Positions 15,991 to 23,561 of a DNA stretch of 30,235 nt are shown piece by piece; the first letter of the stretch is position 1; the number at the start of each line of letters is the position of its first letter. Below the pieces are notes generated by a model, which saw only the letters and a list, made by a program, of their open reading frames with translations, ran no database searches and was not told the DNA's origin. The stretch spans positions 1-30,235 of IMG/VR virus record IMGVR_UViG_3300014208_000105; one strand, 5' to 3'. Origin of the DNA: a virus (taxonomy: Duplodnaviria; Caudoviricetes). Made by a program: the position numbers and the translations under genes.

Positions 15991-16335
15991 TCAACCGGGA
16001 AAATCATCGAGGTGCCGGTCAACCATGGCCAGGCACTTCTTGCAGATTCCCATGCAGCCTTTTTCCGGGAACTTTCTGGCGGTCGGGGCGAAACTCGGGC
16101 ACGACCCGCAGTTGCCGTCGCACTGCCGGTCCGGCGAAGCCATCACCCCTCGCTGCCCGCAGAAGATCCTTCCCGGATGCCTCGGATCTTCGAGGTGGCT
16201 GATGCGGGCGAATGCCACCTTTCGGACTCCGTCTGAGGCGATGTTATGGGTGCGCCTTGGCTTCAGGCTCTCCCCAACCCGAAGCCTTTTGTCCATCTGG
16301 CGAAACACGGCGTTCATGCTGTCGTCTCGTTTCAT
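15991..16335 (-). CDS. Cys-rich hypothetical protein
   Basis: GGAGG RBS; several CxxC-like pairs. Confidence 0.6.
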   Translation of the reverse strand: MKRDDSMNAVFRQMDKRLRVGESLKPRRTHNIASDGVRKVAFARISHLEDPRHPGRIFCGQRGVMASPDRQCDGNCGSCPSFAPTARKFPEKGCMGICKKCLAMVDRHLDDFPG

Positions 16336-16347
16336 GGTCAGCCTCCG

Positions 16348-17034
16348 TCAAAATTTGATCTTGTCGACCTTCGCCAGCGGGTTGAAGCGGAGAATGACCG
16401 TCTTGAGGATGGTCAGCAACACTCCGGGTTTTGACTTCGCAAGCGGCCGGAGGAGATCTTCGATCATCTGAGCGATCATCTTCCAGTCGTTTTTTTCCGG
16501 ATCGACCCGGGCTTCAGCCGCAAGCAATGCTTCTTGGCACACCCGCAACTTGGCCTCGGTCTCTCTCACCTTCACATTCAGCCGATCCACTGCGCTCACC
16601 AGTTCGCAGTAGGCGGGCTCGGTCAGGGTCTTGTATTTCCGGAGCTTCTCGACCTCGACTTGGAACACCTTGTTGATTTCGGCCAGGCGGTCGGATTCGA
16701 GCTTCTCCGCTTGGACGCGGGCCTCTTGATCCATGACGACCTGCCGGAGCAACGTCAGCTCCCCGGTCAGACTCTTGACCTGGAGGAGCAGCTCGTCGCG
16801 GGCAAGCATCAGATCATCTTTTTCCTTGCCCAGATTCTGGATCTTGCTCATCAAAGAAAACCGTTCTCCGGGCATTTCGAGGTGAACCTGAGTCCCGGGC
16901 TTCCAAGGATAGCCTGGAACCAACCGCACGCAATCGCTGCACATGGCCACAGGGGGGTTGCAATAGGGCGAGAAGGCGGAGTGGGCAGGATCCGGGGAAA
17001 CTTCCTTTTTGCAGAAAACGCATTGACCTGTCAT
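16348..17034 (-). CDS. Zn-finger plus long coiled-coil protein
   Basis: CVFC...CSDC at the N-terminus; heptad-rich central region; AAGGA RBS. Confidence 0.7.
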   Translation of the reverse strand: MTGQCVFCKKEVSPDPAHSAFSPYCNPPVAMCSDCVRLVPGYPWKPGTQVHLEMPGERFSLMSKIQNLGKEKDDLMLARDELLLQVKSLTGELTLLRQVVMDQEARVQAEKLESDRLAEINKVFQVEVEKLRKYKTLTEPAYCELVSAVDRLNVKVRETEAKLRVCQEALLAAEARVDPEKNDWKMIAQMIEDLLRPLAKSKPGVLLTILKTVILRFNPLAKVDKIKF

Positions 17035-17046
17035 CGCAAATTCCTT

Positions 17047-17604
17047 TCAGCAGGTGGTGTGCTCGAGTAGCCAGTCCCAGGCGCGGTCGAGCTTGTTGCC
17101 GGTGAGGGTGCCCTGGCCGACGACGTAGGCGCAGGCGGGGGTTCCGTCCTTGTAGAGGGCGGTGAATTCCTCGAAGGAAAAACACCTGGTGTGGCCGTTG
17201 CCCATGTGGGCGGTGACCACGCCGCGGTTGATCTCGTGTTCCGTGCCGTCCGGGCGGGTCTCCGATCGGGGCGGCAGAACCGATTCGATCACCACCCAGT
17301 GCTGCTGCAGCAGGCTTTCCGGTTCGATCGTTTTCGGATCGTCCGGAGCGTGGAGCAGGCAGACGACCTTGTTGATCGGCAGGCGGCCCGCCAGGATCTC
17401 GCCGAGGGGCACCACCCGCCAGGGGATCTTCAGCTTGACCAGGGCCCGGTAATGGGCCCCGGGGTTGTCGCGGAGGTTGCAGCGCCAATCCTCCAGGATG
17501 GGCCAGGTCCACAGGTCGAACATGTCATCGATGTTGGTCCCGGTGACGAAGGCGAGCGCATCCGGCCCGCAGGTCAGCTTTCCGACCATCGTGTAGCTGT
17601 TCAT
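17047..17604 (-). CDS. Papain-like (C39-type) cysteine peptidase candidate
   Basis: TCGPDALA (candidate catalytic Cys) and HWVVI (candidate catalytic His) in the expected order. Confidence 0.55.
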   Translation of the reverse strand: MNSYTMVGKLTCGPDALAFVTGTNIDDMFDLWTWPILEDWRCNLRDNPGAHYRALVKLKIPWRVVPLGEILAGRLPINKVVCLLHAPDDPKTIEPESLLQQHWVVIESVLPPRSETRPDGTEHEINRGVVTAHMGNGHTRCFSFEEFTALYKDGTPACAYVVGQGTLTGNKLDRAWDWLLEHTTC

Positions 17605-17837
17605 TACAACCCCCTGGGCGCTCTGCCAATGAATGGGGCCAAGTCAATCGCCGGAACCTGGGTCACCCGCCCTTGAATGCCGCAATGCTTGCAGGGAGCC
17701 GACTTCAGCCAATACCCCCGCAAGCGCTTTTCGATCTTGAGGACTGTCCCGGCCGGAATGACCATGTTCCCGTTCCTCAGCGGGAAGAGGGCTACCACCA
17801 GATCACCCACCTCAAACCGGTATATGTTCGAGCTCAT
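17604..17837 (-). CDS. Small SH3-like hypothetical protein with CxxC
   Basis: FEVGDLV...IPAGTVLKI pattern; AAGGAGG RBS. Confidence 0.6.
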   Translation of the reverse strand: MSSNIYRFEVGDLVVALFPLRNGNMVIPAGTVLKIEKRLRGYWLKSAPCKHCGIQGRVTQVPAIDLAPFIGRAPRGL

Positions 17838-18255
17838 GCTGCGGGGCCTCCTTTTCCTTCGCGGGTTCGTGCAACCGGATCTCCTTGAAATTCTTTTTCA
17901 GGTGGCTGATGAGCGTCCGCTCGTGGCCCCAGAATGGGTCGTAAGAGATGAGCTTGGGCCTGGTCATCTCCATCGCCTTGGCTTTGGGAAGGGCCCGGAG
18001 AAGCTTGGCGTGGAGGCGTCCCGAAAACAGGGAGGAAAAGCGCGGTCGCATGAATCGCGATTCCGGATGTTTCCCCGCCGGATCAAGCCACTTGCCGAGG
18101 CAGGAGCCGTCAACGTAGGTGATGATCACGATGCTGTTGCGGCAAATGACTTTCCGGTAAGAGACCACGAACCCATCGATATCGAGATCCACCCTGCCGT
18201 AGACGTGTTCCAGTGCGCGGGCGATTTCGCGGTAGATTTCGTCCTGTTCGGCCAT
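17812..18255 (-). CDS. Hypothetical early-region protein of Mu-like phages
   Basis: Start re-called at ATG 18255 (GGAGG RBS, TGATG overlap); YVDG...GKW...ESRF...PFW....LISHLKKN pattern. Confidence 0.7.
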   Translation of the reverse strand: MAEQDEIYREIARALEHVYGRVDLDIDGFVVSYRKVICRNSIVIITYVDGSCLGKWLDPAGKHPESRFMRPRFSSLFSGRLHAKLLRALPKAKAMEMTRPKLISYDPFWGHERTLISHLKKNFKEIRLHEPAKEKEAPQHELEHIPV

Positions 18256-18482
18256 CACCAGCCTCCTCGATCGCCGCCCGCGATGCTGCGGATGAGAGAA
18301 CGGTTCTCCGTCTCCTGGGCCGATCGGATCGGATCCTGACGCAGCCGCTCCTGCTTTCTTTCCTGCCGGCAGCGCCGGCAATACTTGGGCTTCCGGCCCC
18401 GCTTGTTGGCGGGCCGGTGGAACAAACCCTCGCACTGGTGGCAAATACAAACTTGGGAATCTTGCGATTTTTCCCCGCTCAT
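18255..18482 (-). CDS. Small Zn-finger protein
   Basis: ATG 18482 overlaps the upstream stop; CHQC...KYCRRC. Confidence 0.65.
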   Translation of the reverse strand: MSGEKSQDSQVCICHQCEGLFHRPANKRGRKPKYCRRCRQERKQERLRQDPIRSAQETENRSLIRSIAGGDRGGW

Positions 18483-18637
18483 GCGCGTTCCTCCAGCTTC
18501 TTCTGACGGTGGCTGATCAGTTCCCGATACTTGGGATCGAGGGCGCAGAGAACCGCGTCCATCTCTTCCTTCGTGGCCTCCCGGATGTCGATGTTCCACT
18601 TTCCCGCTTCGACCTCTGCTGTCCATCTGGCCATCAT
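18479..18637 (-). CDS. Small hypothetical protein
   Basis: ATG 18637 with AAGGAGG RBS; ATGA overlaps at both ends. Confidence 0.6.
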   Translation of the reverse strand: MMARWTAEVEAGKWNIDIREATKEEMDAVLCALDPKYRELISHRQKKLEERA

Positions 18638-18864
18638 CGGCCTCCTTTCCCGTGACCTCTGTCTTCGATGAAATGGTCTGCAATGCTTTCGGGGTTGTAG
18701 GCTCTCGCCGCGTTCCCACTCCAGGTTTTCGGACATGCCTTGATGTCGTGGTCACGTCTGCCGCAGAAGGCGCAGCGCATGTGCATTCGGCTCACAGATC
18801 CGTCACATGTCCCTGGGCAGTTGGCGGTGGTGTGAGCAGGACTGCCGCAATAGGCGCACCTCAC
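18634..18864 (-). CDS. Tandem CCHC zinc-knuckle protein
   Basis: GTG 18864 overlaps the upstream TGA; two exact CX2CX4HX4C motifs (CAYCGSPAHTTANC and CAFCGRRDHDIKAC). Confidence 0.8.
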   Translation of the reverse strand: MRCAYCGSPAHTTANCPGTCDGSVSRMHMRCAFCGRRDHDIKACPKTWSGNAARAYNPESIADHFIEDRGHGKGGR

Positions 18865-19367
18865 AGCCGACAACCGCACCGCCGGCAAGACCGGACCATT
18901 TGCTCCCCGATCACCAGGGGCCCGACAAAATCGCCGCACTGCGGGCACTGGGAATTGCCCGGGGTGGTTCCGGTGGCCAGCGGATTGCAGATGCCAGGGA
19001 TCTGAAGATGCGTCAAAGAACCAGCGTCCTGGGGAGGCTTCTGCGGCTGAGAATCGGCGGCATCGTCGGCCTGCAGCTCGTCGTATTGTTCCGGTGTGAT
19101 GGGGATGAAGACGTATTTCTCCGATTGGGTGGGAAGATGCCCGGCGAGATCCTCTGCCAGCTCCTTCATGGCCGTGGCGAACTCCTCAGGTTTCTCCCCG
19201 ATTCGCTCAGTGATAAGCTCGAACTCCTCGGGCGAGATGCCTTCAATCTTCATCGTGGCTGTGACCCCGGAACAACACTGGTTCTTCGCCAGCGCCTCGA
19301 CTTCATCCACGGCGAAGAAGATGGAAAGGGTCTTGGTCTCCTCGACGTAGCGCAGGTTTCGGATCAT
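18861..19367 (-). CDS. Acidic hypothetical protein with C-terminal Zn ribbon
   Basis: ATG 19367 (AAGGA RBS, ATGA overlap); CPQC...CRRC at the C-terminus. Confidence 0.65.
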   Translation of the reverse strand: MIRNLRYVEETKTLSIFFAVDEVEALAKNQCCSGVTATMKIEGISPEEFELITERIGEKPEEFATAMKELAEDLAGHLPTQSEKYVFIPITPEQYDELQADDAADSQPQKPPQDAGSLTHLQIPGICNPLATGTTPGNSQCPQCGDFVGPLVIGEQMVRSCRRCGCRL

Positions 19368-19597
19368 TGGTTCTCGTCCTTTCGCCGGCAGGTCCGGCAC
19401 AGTTCTCTATGTCCACGGAAGGGTCGGTTGCAGGCCGGGCACACCCGCTCCTGATCCGTCACCCGGTTCTTCGTCTGGTCCGTCGTCACCGTCCTCTTCT
19501 GGATCCCCCGCCGGGCAAAGGCCCGGTCGATTCGTTCCACCAGCCGCTCCAGCACCCGCTCCCGAAGCCGGCCCATGAACTCTTCTTTGCGCGTCAT
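19364..19597 (-). CDS. Small basic Zn-ribbon protein
   Basis: AAGGAG RBS; CPAC...CRTC. Confidence 0.6.
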   Translation of the reverse strand: MTRKEEFMGRLRERVLERLVERIDRAFARRGIQKRTVTTDQTKNRVTDQERVCPACNRPFRGHRELCRTCRRKDENQ

Positions 19598-19772
19598 CGG
19601 GGGAATGCTCCTTCCAGGTTGGAATTCCAGCCACCGTGAGCCAGGCCTTGAACGCCGCTTCGATGCGCACCGGATCCCCGGAAATCACTGCCGTCAGGTA
19701 GGCGTTCGAGGCGTTCTGCACCTCTGCCGCCCGCTGGTTGAGCGGATCATCAAACGCGATCGGCGGGGTCAT
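19407..19772 (-). CDS. Hypothetical protein (C-terminal half overlaps next gene)
   Basis: GGAG RBS. The first ~55 aa look protein-like; the remainder is low-complexity overlap. Confidence 0.45.
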   Translation of the reverse strand: MTPPIAFDDPLNQRAAEVQNASNAYLTAVISGDPVRIEAAFKAWLTVAGIPTWKEHSPDDAQRRVHGPASGAGAGAAGGTNRPGLCPAGDPEEDGDDGPDEEPGDGSGAGVPGLQPTLPWT

Positions 19773-19989
19773 GCCGGCTCCGTCCCTTGAAGTGCTCGAT
19801 CACCAGCAGGCCCCGGACCGCCTGTTCCACTGCGCACCGGGCGGACCAGGTCCTCTGCCGCGCCACCAGATCTTCGAGGGCGGCCCGGGCCCCGTCCGGG
19901 GTTGCCTGAGCCTGGATCGCCTGGAAGACGAGGTCCGTCACCAGCTCGCGGGGCATGATGGCCAGATCAGCTTCCGCTTTTGGGCTCAT
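19750..19989 (-). CDS. Hypothetical protein
   Basis: GGAGGGG RBS; early operon context. Confidence 0.55.
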   Translation of the reverse strand: MSPKAEADLAIMPRELVTDLVFQAIQAQATPDGARAALEDLVARQRTWSARCAVEQAVRGLLVIEHFKGRSRHDPADRV

Positions 19990-20713
19990 TGCCTTCCCCC
20001 TCCGTCGTGGCCGGGACCTTCGCCTTCGGGACGAAGGTCTTGTCGTCCGCGAGCTTGCTCATTCGGGCCCTCAGCTCCTTGAGGCGGGCCTGGTTGCGGG
20101 CCCAGTCCTCATCAGTCGGAGCCCCCGGGATAGGCGGAGTGGAAGCCCCTCGGGGCAGGGGCCGCTCCTCTGGGTTCGAGGTGGCGGGTGGCCTGTTTGG
20201 CAAACCTGACGAGCTGTTTGGCAAACCGGTCGGGGGATTTGCCAAACATGGGCCTGCAGACTCCCCCGGCCCGCGGGCGGGTGGTGGCGAGGGTTTCCGC
20301 TCCCGCAAGCCCCGCTCCCGGTCGTTTTCCACGTGGCGCGCCAGGCGCTCGGAAAACGCCCAGGCGGTGTGCCGGAGATAGTTGTGGTTCTGCAGCTTCG
20401 CCGGCCGACGCGCCACCACGGCTTCCAGGGCTTCCCCCCACACTTCGGGGGAAATCGGCCGTTCCTCGCTGTTGTCCCATTGGATCCGGTTTTTCCCGAC
20501 CAGCTCCGCCAGTTCCTGGGCCACCTTCAACGCCCGCCGCCAGGACAGCCCCCGGTCGGGCCCCGGCCGGAACAGCCCCAAATACTCGATGGCCCGCCCC
20601 TGCACCGGGCGAGGCAGCCCCACCAGCACCTGCAGCAGCGAACGACATTCGGCGTCGTTCGCCCAGGCCTCGAGGCTCGCCATCGCTCCGCATGCAGGGC
20701 AGACCAGTCGCAT
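19967..20713 (-). CDS. Mu-like early protein with N-terminal CPACG motif
   Basis: MRLVCPACGA..SLEA...YLGLFRP...LSWRRA...VW.EAL...L.NHNYL; Pro-rich C-terminal linker. Confidence 0.75.
   Translation of the reverse strand: MRLVCPACGAMASLEAWANDAECRSLLQVLVGLPRPVQGRAIEYLGLFRPGPDRGLSWRRALKVAQELAELVGKNRIQWDNSEERPISPEVWGEALEAVVARRPAKLQNHNYLRHTAWAFSERLARHVENDRERGLRERKPSPPPARGPGESAGPCLANPPTGLPNSSSGLPNRPPATSNPEERPLPRGASTPPIPGAPTDEDWARNQARLKELRARMSKLADDKTFVPKAKVPATTEGEGNEPKSGS
20193..20248. repeat. Three quasi-palindromes RTTTGSCAAAC at a 21-bp period inside a CDS
   Basis: CTGTTTGGCAAACC at 20193 and 20214; ATTTGCCAAACA at 20237. Confidence 0.85.
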
Positions 20714-20731
20714 GATGCTTCCCCCCCAGGG

Positions 20732-20989
20732 TCAGATTTCGAGAGGCGGCCGGCCGCAGATCGCCGCGGCCTCGTTGGCCTTGGTCGCGCACTGCAGGAA
20801 GCTCGCCCGGGCTTTGTCCGCGATGCTGAGCATGCGCAAACCCCGATCGACGTTGAACTCTGCGACCCGCTGGCCGGTCCGTTCCAGCATGTCCTGCAGG
20901 CACTCGACAGCCGCCTGCATGCAGGTCAGATGCGAGTCGGCCAGTTCCTTGTGGTAGAAATACTGTCCCAGGGCTTCCATGTCGGTCAT
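20732..20989 (-). CDS. Hypothetical protein
   Basis: 85 aa, helical; AAGGAG RBS; follows mor. Confidence 0.6.
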   Translation of the reverse strand: MTDMEALGQYFYHKELADSHLTCMQAAVECLQDMLERTGQRVAEFNVDRGLRMLSIADKARASFLQCATKANEAAAICGRPPLEI

Positions 20990-20993
20990 CCGT

Positions 20994-21329
20994 TCACTCC
21001 TTCGGTGGTTTGCCGTTGGCGACCTGCTGGACGTAACGCTCGGTTACGTTGAACCGCAGGGCCAGACGCTTTGCATTGCTGCCGTCGTATTGTTCCCGGA
21101 TCACCCGGTCCCTGATTTTTTTCAGGCCGTGCTTCGGGATGTTGAGTTGCATGCCGCCAAGGTGTTGCAGCAAGGCCAGAGCGAAATCCACGCTCACCAC
21201 CTCGGCCACCAGCCGCATGTCGTTGTTCGGCATGTCGTCAATGGTGATGGGCCCCCCTGCCTTCTCCGCATCGGAGATTGTCCGCTTCATGGCGGGGTCC
21301 TCGGGGAACAGCGACGGTTGTTTCGTCAC
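20994..21329 (-). CDS. mor: Mor/C family transcription activator
   Basis: L.QHLGGMQLNIPK...RDRVI...YDGSN...LA.RFNVTERYV..V; start re-called at GTG 21329. Confidence 0.9.
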   Translation of the reverse strand: MTKQPSLFPEDPAMKRTISDAEKAGGPITIDDMPNNDMRLVAEVVSVDFALALLQHLGGMQLNIPKHGLKKIRDRVIREQYDGSNAKRLALRFNVTERYVQQVANGKPPKE

Positions 21330-21330
21330 G

Positions 21331-21843
21331 TCACGCCGCCTGCTTTTCTTCTTCCAGGAGCTTGGCAACGAGCTTGTCCACATCGCCATCGGCGGGCTTG
21401 ATCACCACGACATCGCCGCCCTCCGAGGCCGAGACCGCGATCTTCTTGAGGTCGGCGATGGCCAGCTGGGCCAGGGCCTGTTTGACGGGGGTCTCCTTGG
21501 TCTTGATCAGCGTTTCCGCCAGTTCGGGGAAGTGCTTCTTGATCAGGCGGACGACCTGGTCGTCGTCCTCCCATTCCACCCCGCCGCGGCTTTTCGCCAT
21601 GCCGATCTTGATCCCGAACAGGACGATGGTGCGCGGGGAGTGGAACAGCTCCGGCCGGGCCTGGATGGCCGCTTCCAACCTGGATTTCTTTTCCAGCGCG
21701 GCCTGGGCGGCATGCCTGATCAGGGGCAGGAAGCGCCGTTTGAGCAGGTCGATGGCTTCGTTGAGTTCGGAAACCCGGCCGGTCAGGGTTCCGCGCGAGT
21801 CCGAGAACTCCTTGGTCAACTTTTCGATTTCGCCTAGATTCAT
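21331..21843 (-). CDS. gam: Gam-like host-nuclease inhibitor
   Basis: Long N-terminal helices then LF.SPRT..LFGIKIG..K; IKTKE.P.K.AL. Start re-called at ATG 21843 (AGGAGG RBS). Confidence 0.75.
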   Translation of the reverse strand: MNLGEIEKLTKEFSDSRGTLTGRVSELNEAIDLLKRRFLPLIRHAAQAALEKKSRLEAAIQARPELFHSPRTIVLFGIKIGMAKSRGGVEWEDDDQVVRLIKKHFPELAETLIKTKETPVKQALAQLAIADLKKIAVSASEGGDVVVIKPADGDVDKLVAKLLEEEKQAA

Positions 21844-21891
21844 GGGGCTTTCCTCCTGGTTTCGTTCGTTCACAGGGCCGATAATGGCCCG

Positions 21892-22368
21892 TTACGCGGC
21901 ACTTCCGGGGAGACTGGCCGTCCGCTTCAGGTCGGCCGCCCGCTTCATCTGGTTCAAAGCGGTCAGGACCTTGCTCACCTGGGCCTTGGTCAAGAACTCC
22001 ATGGCCGAGCAGTTGAACCGGCCGAGGAACCGGCGGAGGGCGACCTCCCGGCCCTTGGCGTCAGGGGCGTAGGACACCTCGGCCCAGATCGCCGCGATCA
22101 TGCGCAATTGGGCAGGGGAAGCCATCTCCGGGTCACGGCCGGCCAGGTGCTCGTAGGGCCGACCCTTCTTCCCCTTCCGGTTGGTCCAGACGCCGGCGGA
22201 GACCGCCTGCTGGGTCAGCCAATCGATCAGCTCCCGGGCCTTCTCGACCGACAGGTCCTTCGACGATTCCGCCCCGTAGCCCGACACGAGGCCCCGGTAG
22301 GTGCCCTCATCGAGTTCGAGGGCCCCCTTCAGTGCGTGGATGATCTTGATCTGGTCACGACTGGCCAT
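21892..22368 (-). CDS. gemA: GemA (DUF1018) family protein
   Basis: QIKIIHALK..L.LDE.TYR.L....G.ESSKDL and QLRMI.AIW. Start re-called at ATG 22368. Confidence 0.88.
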   Translation of the reverse strand: MASRDQIKIIHALKGALELDEGTYRGLVSGYGAESSKDLSVEKARELIDWLTQQAVSAGVWTNRKGKKGRPYEHLAGRDPEMASPAQLRMIAAIWAEVSYAPDAKGREVALRRFLGRFNCSAMEFLTKAQVSKVLTALNQMKRAADLKRTASLPGSAA

Positions 22369-22526
22369 CAGAGCACCTCCTCCTCGTGTCCGCATTTCCT
22401 GCAAGTCAGGAATCCGCGGAAGTAGTCCATGAGGTCTTTGCAGATAGGGCATGCCCGGTTCCAACCACAGTGCTGGCAGGTCGCCAGGACCGTAGGCAGC
22501 TGACGCTTGCAGTTCGGGCAGGTCAT
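22368..22526 (-). CDS. Double Zn-ribbon mini-protein (52 aa)
   Basis: Not in ORF track: MTCPNCKRQLPTVLATCQHCGWNRACPICKDLMDYFRGFLTCRKCGHEEEVL. Start and stop both overlap neighbours. Confidence 0.75.
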   Translation of the reverse strand: MTCPNCKRQLPTVLATCQHCGWNRACPICKDLMDYFRGFLTCRKCGHEEEVL

Positions 22527-22648
22527 TCCGGCTCATCCCCCGTTTGCCTCATGAGGTCTTGATCAGCGTCGCAGGAATACTCGCAGTCCTCGCACTCCCA
22601 GACGCCGCAGGTGAGAACCATCACGCCACCACATTCAGGGCAGTTCAT
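22523..22648 (-). CDS. Zn-ribbon mini-protein (41 aa)
   Basis: Not in ORF track: MNCPECGGVMVLTCGVWECEDCEYSCDADQDLMRQTGDEPE. GAGG RBS; ATGA overlap with the next gene. Confidence 0.7.
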   Translation of the reverse strand: MNCPECGGVMVLTCGVWECEDCEYSCDADQDLMRQTGDEPE

Positions 22649-22664
22649 CGCCTCGCCCTCCCGA

Positions 22665-23561
22665 TTAGATCAGCAGCGACTGCAGGGCGGCGTCGACCAC
22701 CTCGGGGGTGATCGGGGTATGGTTGAGCTCCGCCACCCGGGAAGACCGCTTGACCAGCTTGTCCAGGAGCCGGGCGTTGCCGCCGGTCTTTTCGTGGAAG
22801 ACCTTCCAGATCCCGTTCGAGCCGGGCAGGGCCGCCTGCACGATCTCCTCGGTGTCCGTCTGCCGGAGAGGGGTCAGGACAGCCTTGATGCCGACCCGGC
22901 TGTAGAGCTGGGCGTATTCGCCCTTCAGGCCGCGAAGGTTGCCCAGGAGCCGGGGCATCCCCACGAGCAGGACGCCGATGCCGGTGAAGTCGTGCAGCCG
23001 CCGGATGATCTCCAGGGACTTGTATTTCAGGTGCTCGGCCTCGTCGATGATCAGCAGCCGGCCGGAGCCCTTCAGCTTGGCCACGGCCTCGCTGAACAGA
23101 TTGTGCAGGGATCCGGATCCGCACAGCCCCACCTTCTTGTGCAGCTCCACGATCAGGTCGTTGGCCGTGATCGTCTCGGAGACCTCGATCAGGATCACGC
23201 CTGCCTTCTCCCCGGCATACTTCGCCGTGGCGGTGGTCTTCCCGAGCCCGGCATCGCCGATCACCACGCCAATCTCGCCATCCACATGGCAGATGTCCGC
23301 GACCTCGTAGACCTTGGTCGCCACGCTGGTCCGGACAAACCCCGCCGGCAGCTTGTGTTCCCCGCGCGCGGCCCGTTCCTTCTGCAGTTCGAGGTATTTC
23401 CGGACCGACGCCTCGATCTTCTCGACGTTGCCCTTGTAGGAATGATTGAGCCACTGGCTGATGGTGGCCGTGGACAGGCCCACCCCCCGGGCCACCTTCG
23501 TGATGCTGAGGCTGTGGGCCTCCATCTGGGCACGCAGTTCCGTGCGCAATTCGTTGTTCAT
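22665..23561 (-). CDS. MuB-like AAA+ transposition ATPase
   Basis: N-terminal HTH, Walker A GDAGLGKT, Walker B LLIIDEAE, QLYSRVG. True start ATG 23561 overlaps the transposase stop. Confidence 0.95.
   Translation of the reverse strand: MNNELRTELRAQMEAHSLSITKVARGVGLSTATISQWLNHSYKGNVEKIEASVRKYLELQKERAARGEHKLPAGFVRTSVATKVYEVADICHVDGEIGVVIGDAGLGKTTATAKYAGEKAGVILIEVSETITANDLIVELHKKVGLCGSGSLHNLFSEAVAKLKGSGRLLIIDEAEHLKYKSLEIIRRLHDFTGIGVLLVGMPRLLGNLRGLKGEYAQLYSRVGIKAVLTPLRQTDTEEIVQAALPGSNGIWKVFHEKTGGNARLLDKLVKRSSRVAELNHTPITPEVVDAALQSLLI

Noticed and set aside
22369-22536. N-terminal extension of gemA in the ORF track
   Set aside because: Better explained by a coupled Zn-ribbon mini-gene in another frame; gemA has its own RBS at 22368.
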